Positions 38,471 to 51,480 of a DNA stretch of 64,000 nucleotides are shown one piece after another (within the stretch, counting starts at the first letter, position 1; every line of letters begins with the position of its first letter). The translations under genes and the position numbers were made by a program. This stretch comes from Lama glama. Taxonomy: Eukaryota. The notes below the pieces were generated by a model. It did not search any database. It was not told the DNA's origin and worked only from the letters and a program-made list of their open reading frames with translations. The stretch covers positions 34,164,001 to 34,228,000 of the forward strand of contig CM052818.1 in assembly GCA_028534125.1 (NCBI GenBank). Direction: 5' to 3'.

Positions 38471-38739
38471 GAGTAGGGCATTACTTTTTGGTTGTTCTGA
38501 AACAATCAGACCTCTTTCAGCTAAGTATTTATAACACATTGAAACAAAAGAGTAAATACTGGACCAAAGAGCTTTTCTAGCCTCCTGGTCAGGATTTTCT
38601 CAGGATTGCTCCCTTCTGGACCAATTGCCCTCTAGGCTGCTGCACTGCTGCCCTCCAGGGGATTCCCTCTACCACCATTCCTTATCCTCTTACCTGTGCT
38701 GAATCTCCCATCTCCTTTACCCCATGTCTTTCTATTTTT

Positions 38740-40025
38740 TATTATAGCTTAATATGTTGGGACACACCCTCAAATGGATTCCCAAGAAAGGGTACAAGGA
38801 AGGTCAAACTTTTAAATCTTGCATGTCTGAAAAATGACTTTTCATTGATCCTTGTTTGGGACAGATTGGTTGAGTATATAATTCTAGGTTGGAAATTAAT
38901 CTCCCTCAACATTTAGAAAACATACTCCATAGTTTTCCATCTTCTGGTATTTTGTTGACAAATCAGGTGGTATTCAATTTCCAATTCTTTGTACGTAGCT
39001 AGTGCCTTTTTCTTGCTAGTTCTTCAAGTATTATTTCCATTATTTAGAAATGTCATGATGATGTCCCTTCAGTCTGGAAACTCATGTCTTTCAGACAATT
39101 TGGAATTTTTCTTGATTATTTTTTAAAACAAATCCCTTTTCCTTGATTTTTCTGTGCTCCTACCTCTGAAACTGCATTTAGATTGATCATCTAATATTCT
39201 TGTCTTTCACTCTGATTTTTTTTTCTGATTTTTAAAATAAGTTTATACTCTTTGGGAGAGTTCTTTATCTTGTAAGTTTTCGTTGACTCCTTGAATCATC
39301 TCAGTTTCCTCTGAGATAATTTGTTCTTATGTTTGTTTGGGACCGTCTTTCTTTTGGAGGTTTTCTCATCTTCAAGAGTAAGGCATAAACAAGATTTCTG
39401 GAAGATCTGAACTCATTGGTGGGGCATGTTGGCTGGGGTGTCTTGCCCTGGGAAGAGGATACGAACTGACCAAATTATTGCAGGACCCCCCTAAATATCA
39501 GAATGTGGATATTTTCTCCTTGGCCAATCAGCTGGCCCAGAGGAATTCTTAGATTTCTTGTCTGCGGGTATATAATCTGCTGTACTAGTTATAGTAGATG
39601 ACATGGAAAGGAGGCTGGGGTAGGCTGATCTCACTGTTCAGGACTGTCCTACACTAACTCCTCCTGAGTTTATCCTCTCCCCTTGGCAGTGGAAGGGAGT
39701 GGGACAGTTGCTTGTAGGAGTGGGAGGATCTGTGGGTCTAACAGCTCCTCATAGAGAATTTTAGCCAATCTTCCTGCTTCCAGTCCGTGGCTTTTGGAGA
39801 TCCCTAGGGCCTCTAATCTGGATTTTCTTCTGGGTTCTGGGATATCATATGACTACTGCCTGCTGCCCTTGCTGCCCCAATTTTTGTTGATATCCTTTAT
39901 ATGCTGTCATGTTATTTCCCGTCTCATTTTCCTTTGTGGCTTAAGACCTCTTTTTAAATGCCATGTTAGTGAGGATTTGAGAGGGAATAGAGAGAAATAG
40001 GCTTGTTAATCTGCCATATTTAACC
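38740..40025 (-). mobile_element. HAL1 / old L1 ORF1-region fragment
   Basis: cttgcatgtctgaaaaatg...tataattctaggttggaaat...; ends at tctgccatatttaacc, resembling the HAL1 5' end. Confidence 0.6.
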
Positions 40026-40367
40026 ATTTATTTACTCATTGACTTTATCTTGTTTTGTTTTAAAAGCAGGGTAAGGTCATAAGTTTAACCCTAAATGCCA
40101 CTTTAGCTAAAAACGCCACAACTTTTATTTTGTATTAAACATTTATATTTGTATAAACACATCACAACTTAACCTTGTGTTTTTTCCTTTTAATGGATAA
40201 ATTGTTCAACAGCTTAAAACAGTTTCCAACCATATGGGTTTACTGATTTGTACTTTATTTCTAAGTTAATTGCAATGTGGGCAGAGAATGAGGTCTGTGC
40301 AATAGTGATGCTTTGAAATTTTTCGAATCTTGCTTTGTAGTCTAGTAAATGGTCAATTTTTATAATT

Positions 40368-42205
40368 CTTTTTTTATTGTGGTAAAAGACATATATTGTA
40401 AAATTTACCGTCTTAACTATTTTTAAGTGTACAGTTCAGTGGTATTAAGTATGTATACATTGTTGTGAAACAGATCTTTAGAACTTTTTCATGTTGCTGG
40501 ATGGAAACTCTATTTCCATTCAACAGCTCCCCTACTCCCCCACCCCTGGTACCTACCATTCTACTTCCTACTTCTATGAGTTTGACTACATCAGGTATCT
40601 CATATAAATGGAATCATACAGTATTTGTCCTTTTGTGACTGGCTTATTTCACTTAGCATGATGTCCTCAAGCTTCATCCAGGTTGTAGCATGTGAGGGGA
40701 GTTCCTTCATTTTTAAAGCTGCATGGTATTCCATTGTGTGCATATACCCCATTTTGTTTATCCATTCATCTGTTAATGGATATTTGAGTTGCGCCCATCC
40801 TTTGGCTATTGTGAATAAGGCTGCAGTGAATACGTGTGTGCAAATATTTCTTCAAGATCTTTCTTTCAATTCTTCTGGATATATACACACATTTTTGTGC
40901 ACTTTCTTAGTTCATTATAAGACATTTCACAGTCCTTATCCATGTTGTAGCATGTGTCAATATTTCATTCCTATCTATAGTTGCTATTCTATTGTATGAA
41001 TATACTACATTTTGTTTATCCAAACATCATATTTGGATTGTTTTCACCTTTGGCTATTATGAATCCTGCCGCTACAAGCATTCACATACAAGTTTTTATA
41101 TAGACATATGTTTTTATTTCTTTTAGGTATATACCTAGGAGTGGAATTTCTGGCTTATATAGTAACTCTAACTTTTTGAGAAACTGACAGACTGTTTTCC
41201 AAAGTGGCTGTACCATTTTACATTCCCACCATCAGTGTATGAGGGTTCCAATTCCCCAGGTCTCTGCAAGCACTTGTTATACCTGACTTTTTGATTGTGG
41301 CCATCCTAGTAGGTGTGAAGTGAAATTTGATTAGCATCTTCCTAATGACTAATCATGTTGAACTTCTTATGTGTTTATTGGCCATTTGTACATCTTCTTC
41401 AAAGAAGTGTCTATTTAGATCTTTTGCCCATTTTTAAATTGAGTTATTTGTCTTTTTATTTCTGAGTCATATTTATATATTTATAAATTTCAGACACAAA
41501 TTCCTTGTTAGATATATGTTTAGCAAATATTTTCTCCCATTCTGTGGGTTGTCATTTTACTTTCTTGAGAGTATCCTTCAAAGCACAGTTATTTTTAATT
41601 TTGATGAACTCAAATTTATCTATTTTTCCTTCTGCTGCTTATGCTTTTTGTGTCATATCTATGAATTCATTGCCAAATCCAAGGTCATGAAGATTTATAA
41701 GAGGTTTACAGCTTTAGCTCTTACATTTAAGTCTTTGATCCATTTTGAGTTAATTTTTATATATGACGTAAGATAAAATTCCAGTTTCATTCTTTTGCAT
41801 GTGGATATTCAGTTGTCCAGGCACCATTTGCTGAAAACACTGTTTTCCCCATTAAATCATCTTGGCATCTTGGTCAAAAATCAGTTGCCCATAAACACTT
41901 GGGTTGTCTTTTTTTAATGGGCTCTCAGTTCTATTTAATTGATCTTATGTCTATCCTTATGCCAGCACTACGTAGTGCTGTCTTGATTATTGCTGTTTCA
42001 CAATAGCTTTTGAAATCAGGGAGTATGATCCTTACCACTTTATTCGCCTCTCTCTCTCCTGCCAGTGTTGGGGGCGGCCATTTGTCCTGTGTCCTTCCCT
42101 CTCTTACAGATCCAAGAATCATTGCTGATTTTTCAGTCCATTCAGCTTTTTACTTGTTAAGATGGAGTAGCAACTAAGCCCCTTATATGCACAACGGGAA
42201 ACCGC
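40368..42205 (-). mobile_element. L1MB-like element(s): 3'UTR and ORF2 end, followed by an L1M 5'-end fragment
   Basis: tttttattgtggtaaaa...aagtgtacagttcagtggtattaag...gtttcattcttttgcatgtggatattcagttgtcc. The stretch 42040-42205 (ttcagctttttacttgtt...gaaaccg) resembles an L1M 5' end. Confidence 0.8.
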
Positions 42206-42861
42206 CATATGCACTTCATTGTATACTTGTTACACTCAAAGCATTTGAATTGAGAAAAAAAGATACATCCCTAATACTTTACTGGGCAAACCCTGTTCCC
42301 TTTTTACAGATGTATAGTTTGTCACTTCTTCAAATAGCCTTTTTGAATTTTCCTTACAACCATAATGTTCACCCTCCCTTTCCCAACTGAGAAACATGAG
42401 GTCTTCTTTCTTCCCCTTCCTGGGTTGTAAGAAGCCCCCCATCTCTACTGGCCAAACAGCAATTCTGGGAGAGGGTCTTAGTTTACATGCATGGATAAAA
42501 GAAAGCCTATGCTTCAATTGTTAAAGAATTGAGATGTGACAGTCATGGAGCTGTCACTTGGTGAGGATTCAACCTCCTTCTTCCCTGCATGCAAGGCTCA
42601 GTAAATGACCAAAGCTAATTTTAAACCCTGCAACTGTGGTCTTTTATTTCTTGCAACACTTTAAGGTAGTCATGGCAGAATCTGGCGCCACATGGACCCT
42701 GATAATGGTGGCAGAGGGTTGCCAGATGAGGCCCTGCATATACATAGTAAGATCCGTTGATGTCTTACCTTCCCAGCAGCTTCCTTACCTTCCTCTGCTG
42801 CCTGGGGATACTGTGGTTCCGCTCAGCCAGTGGGAGTTTTTAGTTCAAAAAGCTTTGACAT

Positions 42862-43000
42862 GGTGAGGAGGGTATAGCTCAAGTGGCAGGGCACATGCTT
42901 AGCATGCATCAAGGTTCTGGGTTCAATCCCCAGTACCTCCTCTAAAAAAAAATAAATATGTGTAATTACCTCCCCCTTCCCAGACACAAAAAACCAAAAA
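42862..43000 (+). mobile_element. tRNA-Ala-derived SINE (camelid vic-1 type)
   Basis: ggagggtatagctcaagtgg (A box)...atgcttagcatgcat (AGC anticodon arm)...ggttcaatccc (B box), then an A-rich body and tail; degenerate TSD aaaaagctttgac/aaaaaccattgac. Confidence 0.85.
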
Positions 43001-43116
43001 CCATTGACCTACAACGTAGGCATCAGTAAACTCAGCTACCTCTCGCCACCTTTTATATTTTTCCCAAATGATTTCTTAAAATGATTGAATGTCCTGTTTT
43101 CGCCCTTACACTAGAC

Positions 43117-43331
43117 CAGGGTTTCTCAAGCTGGATGCTACTCACATTTTGGGTCAGGCAGTTCTTTACTGAGGGTGCTGTCCTGTGCATGTAGGATGCT
43201 TAGCAGCATCTCTGACCTCTACTCACTAGATTCTAGTAGCACCCAGCCTCCCAGTTTTGACAATAAAAATGTGTCAAGACATTGCCAAATGTCAACTAGG
43301 GGACGAAATTGCCCCTGGTTGAAAACCACTG
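43117..43331. mobile_element. MER20 hAT-Charlie element, full length
   Basis: cagggtttctcaa...gctgtcctgtgcatgtaggatgcttagcagcatc...gacattgccaaatgtc...ggttgaaaaccactg. Confidence 0.9.
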
Positions 43332-45044
43332 GGCTTGACTGACTTAATGAATTATTTCAGCTCAAGGGTTTGGAAAGGAGCCCCACCCCTACTTAGATCA
43401 TGTTAAATCATTATGAACCTGAATATACTGAATTCATTAATAAAAAAAAAAGTGAAACTGGGATAGCGGAGATGTCCAAATTACAATTTCACCCTGATTA
43501 TTCCTGTAAGCACGATGCCAGATGAAGGCATGAGAGCTGTGGGAAAGTGAGAGTTACAGAAGAAAGGCAAAATCCTTTCATAGCTTCCCATATAGATACT
43601 CAGGAGAAATGACAAAACCACATTTATGGGCATCAAATAAAAACTATAAAAGATTCCAAAGCACAAGCTCAGACCCTCATAATGTAGAAAATAATACAGG
43701 CTCTGACTGTCCACCAGACCACACTGGGGAGAATTTCCTATAGAAGCCTGGACATGGGACAGCTGAGCATCTGAATGAACCTCAGCAGCCCCCACGCGTG
43801 GTGTCTTGTCGTAGAATACCCTTGGTGGAGCCTCCAAGTCCTGCCTTCTGTGGACACCTGGAATCCTGTTGGACACCTGTGAGACAGGAACAGGCCCTCA
43901 AGGCCCTGCCACCAAAGTCTCCTTTCCTTTGGGGCTCAAAATGCCACTGTCCTCCCCTGAAGACATTGTTCCCCAGTGCTTCTGCTCCCCCAGCAGTAAA
44001 GTGGTCAAAGACTAACCCCAGGAGGGGTCTACTCTACTGAAAAGAACTGCCCCAGTGTCTTAAAACTTGGCATCTTTGGAACTGACCAAAAGGGAACAAC
44101 TCCCGTCGAGGTAAGCCTAGATGGCAACACTTCAGAGGATAGTTTAAAACCAACAATTCTATGAAAGCATGAGGCAGCGAGGAGACAGTGAAATTTCAAT
44201 AGGCGTCACTATAAGCAAATGTGTTTCACTGTGAGTTGCTCTTTAATTTACAGGAGCAAACTCATAGTATTAACATTTTTATATTGAGAGGATCTGCACA
44301 TATTTGGTAGTTTATGTACTTAGAAAGGAAAATTTTGGCCTATTAGAGTGAGTACTTCAGTACAAATTTAAAACATAAAACGTAAGGCATGAATTTAAAC
44401 TAAAGTCTTACTAACTTTATGTTTAGCAGCAAAACAGCCAATAAACCTCTAAGCTCACTATATTTATAAGTTTATTAGATTGGTAATAATTATTTAATAC
44501 TTAGAGAAGTTACTCAAAAAGGAAACAGAATTTTAAAGGTAGTTTAAACTGTTGTAAGAGGTGTTAATTAAGTTTACAAACAAAGTCTCCTTAAAAGTAA
44601 ATGATAAAATTTGGTAGGCTTACAACTTTTTTTTTCAGGTTTTCAAAATTCCAGATTTTAATTCTTAATTATGAAAAATTTCCAAAATAGTCAAAAAGAG
44701 AAAACACAATGGACCACCCTGTATTCATCACCTTGATTTAACAATGATCAAGATTTTTAGGCTTCCAACTTTTAATGGAATAATAAGATCTATAAGCTAA
44801 ATTGAAAAGCTTAGAAAGGTGTCCTAGGCCTTCACCACTCTGCTGCGTCCACAGCCACTGAGACCTGGTAAGGCCTCCAAAGGCTGTGTGGAGACTCAGG
44901 GATCGTCACAGAAAACTCCTTTCCTCACCCATGAAGAAGGCCCATTCCCCCACCCACCATGCCCTGCCCCTCATCTTGCAATGATGGAAAAACTTTTGAC
45001 TCCTGACAGGTATATCAATAGTTTAATGAATATATAGGCATACA

Positions 45045-45174
45045 TAGGTGATCATATATTGTCCAAAGCAGGACACATTTGAAAGTGAAAGGGAGCACTG
45101 TTAATAGTTATTCTGGGGCAATAGACGTAAACCAAGATTGCCTAGGCAAATCCGGACAAGATCCTTGTAGCTAT
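45045..45174. mobile_element. MER94-like hAT-Blackjack element
   Basis: taggtgatcatatattgtccaaagcaggacacatttgaaagtgaaagggagcactgttaatagtta...ggcaaatccggaca. Confidence 0.65.
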
Positions 45175-46754
45175 ACACATGTGGTTTATAGATACATGTG
45201 GGGAAAAGGGGAATAACTCAGCTTCCATCATCATAAGATGGTACCAAGTAGCAACAAAATGTTAGATCCTGTAATGTTTTACCAGAAAAGTACTGAGTCC
45301 TTTCAGATGTGTAATCAGCAACACTGTCAAATAGCCTTTTATTAACTTAGGACCATAAGGTCTACCTCCCAGTATATCATGAGGTTTCTTCTTCATACCG
45401 TGGGTGTCATGAGACACTTCCTCCTCCACCAACGGCAAGGCAATTCTTAGTATTAGGTTGTACCTGTATCTTAAAGTCAGCCTGTAATTGGTGAAGAAAT
45501 TGAGGGTGATTGTTACCTAGGTACTGGCTGGTTCAGCTTTTCCCAAACGCAGATTATCAACGATTAAGCCTTCCTTTGAAGTCTGAGTCTGTGGTCTTTT
45601 GTTTTTCCACAACTACATGTGTACAAAGGCAACCAGTGTCTTCCTGGGTATCTTTTATTTTTTTCCTTCATAAATCACCTGATGATATGCATGTGGCCTG
45701 TCAAATGTGCAGCCATGCCATTTTTCAAACACTTACAAGGGATTTTTGGCAGTTAACCAAATTCTGGTGTGCTCCCAGGTTATGGGGAAAGAGGGTAACA
45801 CAGAAACTTCAGCCTAGTACCATCCCAGGGACTCAGCCTCCTTCACCAGCCAGGTAATGGAGTTTCCCCTGGCTCAGAGACCCCAGGAGAGTTTATACAC
45901 ATTTATATAATTGGCTCATTTCATTATAGCAAGCGCTGTGCCCTAAATGCAGGGTGCTGGGTATTTCTTTTGGTCATGGCCTGACTTACTGGTAGAATGG
46001 TTGCTTATTTAGTGAGAGCTGGGAAATTTTCCCCACTCTACCTAAAATTCCCTCACGAAGATTTTGTTTTTGAGGGCTAAGAAAAAAGTACAAATGACCC
46101 CACAGTACTGGAAGCAACAGTTTTCCTCACTCTTTAGTGTGAAAGTGTTTGATCAGGTAACCTGCCCACCTGTGGCTGAGCTCCAGCAAGAAGGCCGATT
46201 AGTTCTGATGCCAGTGGAAGGGTCTGAAGGCACAGTGGTCCAATCCAAAGGGTGGGGTTCTGGGGAGCCAGAGAAGGACTGAATGTCCTGCAAAGACACG
46301 TTGACCTCGGGACAGTCCTTTGTCATATGCTTTTTTGTGAGACCATATTTCCATCAGCCAAGGGATCCAGTGCGAAGAGGGAGCTATGGGTTTCCAAAAT
46401 GGTAGCCAAGAGAGTAGGTGACAAAGGGTAGCTGGGGAAAGCCTAGTTTCCCCTCCTTTTGTATCTATTCCTGTTCAGATAACAAGCAACCTTGTCTTGG
46501 GAACTCTGGCATCAAAAACCTTGTTTTTTCCCCACTAGGAGAGAGGAGGCTGTTAGGCCCCTGAGGCTCCCATCTCTCAACTATTAATCTGCAAACTCTG
46601 CTCAGGCCTCCCAGGGAGCTGCCCCCTGCCACCCTACATGAGTGAAAAACCAAAGCTGAGTCTTTTTAGCAACTCCAGCCACTGGAGAAGAGGTCCCCTA
46701 CCGAACTCTTTCCCTGAATAAATACAACTGAGACCGAGTGAGAAGTAGCTACAG

Positions 46755-46760
46755 TTTAAT
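46755..46760 (-). terminator. DPYSL5: Distal poly(A) signal ATTAAA
   Basis: Minus-strand tttgtATTAAActgtagctacttctca: overlapping UGUA, a CA about 15 nt downstream, then U-rich gttgtatttatt. Confidence 0.6.
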
Positions 46761-47156
46761 ACAAACCTGCACCAGAACACAACGAGTCGGGCTGTTTTGT
46801 TTTTGCCTCAATCGGGTGGCCAAAGCACAGGACCATGTGTCTTCTGGGGGCTGACACAATCTTAGCACCATGACATTTACAGAGGAGTGAGGAAGTCACT
46901 TGGGTGCTGGAGGCTCCATCCCGACTCCAGGCTGTGCCTGCCACCTGGGCCGCTGGAGGGGGTTTGGGTTTCCGCGTGGTTCTGTGGTTTCTGGGTCAGT
47001 ATTGGAAAAGCCCTGATCATGGCATTGGCTGGACTGAGACCTACTGTGGACTCCTAGCACTACACACACGCACACACACACGCACACACGGTAGCACAAT
47101 TTTCTGGAAACTTAACCCCACAAACCTAGAGAGCAGCTAAGGCAAGAACAACAGTA

Positions 47157-47162
47157 TTTATT
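47157..47162 (-). terminator. DPYSL5: Proximal poly(A) signal AATAAA
   Basis: Minus-strand AATAAA followed by GU/U-rich sequence (tactgttgttcttgcc...ggtttgtgggg). Confidence 0.6.
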
Positions 47163-48029
47163 CAGCAAGTACAAGACCAGTTTGAGAGCTGCATTCAGTG
47201 CAACCAGAGACCCTTCTCATTCCAACCAGGAGCTTATGGGGCTGGCGATGGTGCTGGCTGGTGCTCTGCACAGGGGCAGGGAATGGGTGGTGGGGGCTGA
47301 CCGTTCATTTGGTTTCTTGAACCTCCTTCTGCTTTTCATCTAGAAGCTCCTGGACAAGGGTAGGGGTCTATGTAAGGATCGGGGGTGAATGAAGTGGAAG
47401 GCCTTCGATGGACCACATCAAGATGTGGTTTCCCAGAGCCACGGACCATGCATCTCTCCAGCAGAGGCACTCAGAGAAAGTAAAGCTTTCCTAGCCCAAG
47501 CAGGGATGCAGTGCCCGCTGGCCACTACCACTGCTCAGCTCTTTGGCATCTGCCCAAGGCCCATGACCCAGCAAGGGCTGAAAGGGAGAAAGATGATGTG
47601 CATTGTACCAAGGGGTCAGCATCACATTTCCCGGGCTCAGATCCCTATCGACTGTCCCCATGGCCACCACCCTCCACGAGTGCCTTTGCTGCCTCTGCTC
47701 CCTGGGTGACCGTCTGTGTCCTCTTGGCCTCTAACTGAGGAAGAGGAGCATGAAAGGAGAAGTGAAGATGTGGAGGCAGCTCAAACACATGGCAAGCCTC
47801 CAACATTTAACTAGTTCTGGCTCAAACAGTGAATATGCATTAGTTTGTTTACAAGAAAAATCTACTTGTGCAAAATGAAGCAGAATGCCTGCTGGGGGGG
47901 GGAGTAAGTCTTCTAGTTGGTCAAATGCTCAGGTGGGATCTACAGGAGACATCACTTCATGCCTCCTTTCCACAGCTGGGGTAGACGCCCAAGCTCTTAA
48001 GGGCAGTCCTGGACATTTCTGGAGTCAGA

Positions 48030-48145
48030 AGGCCTAAGCTTTCCGGGCCACATCTGTGAAATGGGGAGAATAATACGTGCTATGTTGTCATGAGGAGCAA
48101 CTGAGAGCTCATATATGGAAAGGCTTTGAAAACCTGAAAAGCACA
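48030..48145 (+). mobile_element. MIR core within the DPYSL5 3'UTR (antisense to the mRNA)
   Basis: cacatctgtgaaatggggagaataatac...gttgtcatgagg...atatatggaaaggctttgaaaa. Confidence 0.7.
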
Positions 48146-49546
48146 GCAGAAATGTGCAGGGTACAACTACCGGCCCAAGAGTCCAGGAGCCATGTGTAAG
48201 CCCGGTTCTTGAACCAAACACGCAACATGACATCCCCTCTGGTGTTTCCACGGAAACCTCCTGGAGCTTTGAGGCAGGGGTGCCCAACTGGACGTGGGAG
48301 GACATGCAGCCCACAGGCAGGGAAGGGCCAGGTGCTAACCACAGGAGACCCCAGCTCCTATGCAGCAAGGGGGTCTTTTGGGCTCTACAGCCAGGTCTCA
48401 CTGGTCTGGGCTCCTACCGAGCGTCTAGCTAGCCCATTGCTCCTAATCGCTCCCCCTCTCTTAGCAGGCATGAGGCCTCTAGCCAATCACACAGGAGGAG
48501 CAGCTGGGCCTCTGTCCAGCAGGGGGAAGCTTACAGGCAGCTGGGTTAGTTCTGGGAGTGAGATGGGAAGAGCCACCCCGCTCCTGAAGCTTTCCAGGGC
48601 CAGCATCCTGGGCACCCTCTCAGATGCATGAAACTAGACCAGGAGGGGAGAGGAGGGGACTGGAAGACTCCAGGTTGGGAGAAGGGCCCCTGAGTCCAGT
48701 GTCCCCCTCTTGCCCCCTTCATCTGTGCCCTAGGCTGTCTGGTTGGTGTCGATGCAGCATCTCCTAAGGTCCACATCTACTCCTGTTTCTATGCTATGCT
48801 AGTGACACGAAGCACCATCATTTTTCACAGGATGCACAAACAAGTCAAACCAAACCACTGCGCAAACCAAACGTGCAAAACGAAATCATGTACACGCGCC
48901 TGGCACCAGCCTCATGCCCACCCAGCTAGCCCTTCTGGGCCTGGGACTCCCGGGGGGCAGGGAGGAAGCAGCCAGCAAAGGGCGCAGAGTGTCCCAGCCA
49001 CACCCACACAAGGGCCAGAGGTGAGCTGGGAAAAACGGGGCGTTCTGGGCATGGCTGGGATGCTAACACCTGTCTGACTTGGGAAAAGTGACCACCGGGC
49101 CGAAGGGGATGGGAGAGGGAGTCCTTTGCTTTTAAAACATATTTGCTAAAGTGCTCTGGACAACTGGCAGTCAGCCAGGGGCAGGGCACTAAAGTCGAGG
49201 CTTTCCCAAGGCCAGTATGTGGAGACGGGTGTGAGAGGAGGGGCTGGGCCAGGCTCTATGCATTGGGCTCTGTGCATAGTATGGGCTTCCTGGGCCCCAG
49301 AAAAGCCCACCAAGGCCAAGGCAGGAAAGGACTGCAGCAGGAGGAACACAACTCAAAGTGCCTGTTAGGGTTGGCTCGAAGCACAGTGAATCACGTGTCA
49401 GACATGGGGAGGGCTCCCCGGGTCCCGTGGCCCCCTCAGGTGGTGTGCTGCCCAGCCCAGACTCTCCCGCCCCCTGCAGCTGTGGCTGGAGGGTGTGCGG
49501 GCTGGTGGCAGCGATGCCTCTTCACTTGGGGGGCTGGTCGGTGACT

Positions 49547-49632
49547 TTACCAAATGCCGCTCGACCTGCCTCCGGGGGGAGCGAGGATCCGAGCTGAGGC
49601 TCGCTTTGGAACATGGTCATCGATCTGAGAAC
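49547..49632 (-). CDS. DPYSL5: DPYSL5 terminal coding exon (exon 13) including the TAA stop
   Basis: ccctgcag|GTTCT...TGG TAA. Translates (G)SQIDDHVPKRASARILAPPGGRSSGIW*, the CRMP5 C-terminus. Confidence 0.98.
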
Positions 49633-51480
49633 CTGCAGGGAAGGAGGCAGAGGGTGAGCTCGACGGCTATAGACTGGGTAATAAAACCATGGTCCTCCGC
49701 GTAGAGGATCTAATTTAATCCTTCACGCAACTCCATCCCATTTTATGGATGAGGAAACTGAGGGAAGTTAGGTAACCTGTCTAATGTTACACAGAGTATA
49801 AGTGATAGAGCCTGAATATGAACCCAGGTCTTCCTGATTCAGAGCCTCTATGATTAACTGCCTTGCTATGCTACCTTCATTGCTCCCAGCCCTGGAGCTA
49901 TGGTCTCTTGTCACACATACAGATCGGTCTGTTGGCAAGTAGCCCTTTGTACATAAGCCTCAGTGAGCAAGAGAGTAAGAAGGGACGGTGTACCATTGTT
50001 TTGGAAAATCTAAGAACACCACCCTAAAGGCCCCCACATCTTGAAATCCCAAGACTTAGAAGAGGAGGCCTGGTACCCCAGGGAGTGTAGTGGGACATTC
50101 ATCAGCTTGTCCTATTTAGAACAGACAAGGTTTGGGGCAGAGGGAAGGTGAGAGGCTGCCTGATGCCTGCGGAGTCGGAGAGCAGTTCTGCCCGGTCTTG
50201 GCTCTGCCCGGCGACTTGGGAGGCAGCAGAAGAAGCCACCAGCCAGAGGGGGCTCGTGGCTTGAGCGGCGGGGAGGGAGGGGGTCGCTGCTTCTCTTGGG
50301 GCTGGCTGCTGCAGGAAGGGCCGTGCCCAGGCAGCTATGAGGAGCTACACCTCCTGGACTGGTCGGGCCGGGTGCCCACCGACACTCCACACCATAGATC
50401 CCTTTCTGACTCCCTGCACTTGGTCCTGTCGCTGGAGGGAGTGGCAGTGGCCTTCAGGGTGGGGAGGAGTTATCTCTGTAATGAGGTCGGCTCTGAGAGG
50501 ATGTAGAAGGGACCCCTCCCCACAGGCTGTCAGCTCCTCGGCCAGGAACCATGTGAGCTGCTGCGGGCGCAGCTGGGCACAGAGGGAGCTCAGCAGGCAG
50601 TCCCGCCCCCTGGCACCCCTCTGGTTTCGCTCTCTGCCATCTCATCAACCCTAGCAAATGCCAGGCTCTGTGGGAAGGACCTGGATCTCACACCTCTCAC
50701 CTCCCCACCCGGCACAGCTCTGGCAGAGTGAATGCGGGTCTGCACCTGGGCTAGTCCTGAAGGCCACTCTGGGAGACCCGGCCCCTGCCCCTTTCAAGTC
50801 CAGGTCACTGTTTCCTGCAGGACCAGGGCATCTTACAGCCTCTGCCTATTCTCCAGTCAGGGTTGCCATTTATGCAGCAATGATCTCGCCACCTTTAACT
50901 CCGGAGGAGCCCCTGGGATACATGCTGTCAGCAACCAAGTCCCTGAGCACAGACGCACCCCATGTATTATCTGTTGTAAGACGCACAGTACAATTCCTGG
51001 CAAAAGAGAAGGTGACAGAGGAGCAAACGTGGGGATAAGGTCAGGGAGGAAAGGGTGGAGCGGAAGCACCAGGCCTTTCAGAGATGCTGGCGAGGAGGGG
51101 GTAGGAAATGGGGGTGCAGTCCCATATAGCACAGTTAGCCTTTCTGAGCTCCGATCATCTCTGGGGCACCCCTATGTGTCAGAGGATGAAAATATTTGAA
51201 CTTAGAAATCCTGGGGAAAGCCCCAGAAGGGCCATGGCCTTTCAGTGGCGGGTGCCCAGGGACTGAGAGAGCCCTCCTGCCCAGCCCCCCCGTATTTGTG
51301 TGTCTAACCTGGGACCTAGCGCTCATCACCAGACACGGGATTGGGAAGGGAGGGAGAAGCTGGAGAGGAAAGCACCGTTAGTCCCACCGCCTGGGTGAGG
51401 TCCCTGGCCCCTCTGCCCTCCTCCTGCCACTCCACTGTGGTGAAGATGCAGATGCCAGAACAAGTGGCCCTTGCTCTTAC

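Larger units (their letters stand above)
46735..49546 (-). other. DPYSL5: DPYSL5 3'UTR (~2.4-2.8 kb; 3' end approximate)
   Basis: Follows the stop codon, is nearly free of repeats, has U/GU-rich blocks, and ends at two candidate poly(A) signals. Confidence 0.75.

Noticed and set aside
40625..41776. Hydrophobic ORFs that look like membrane proteins
   Set aside because: Antisense readings of T-rich L1 sequence.
42862..42945. Functional tRNA-Ala(AGC) gene
   Set aside because: Has a SINE body, A-tail and TSD-like flanks, and mismatches in the stems; it is a retroposed SINE. The same applies to 57478-57561, whose anticodon stem is broken.
44200..44820. AT-rich block as possible foreign or organellar DNA (also 59960-60420)
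   Set aside because: No recognisable mitochondrial genes or ORFs; most likely decayed old transposon sequence that I cannot classify.
46900..51380. Long ORFs in the DPYSL5 3'UTR and last intron (up to 155 aa)
   Set aside because: GC-rich non-coding sequence; apart from the true exons there is no splice-consistent structure or homology.
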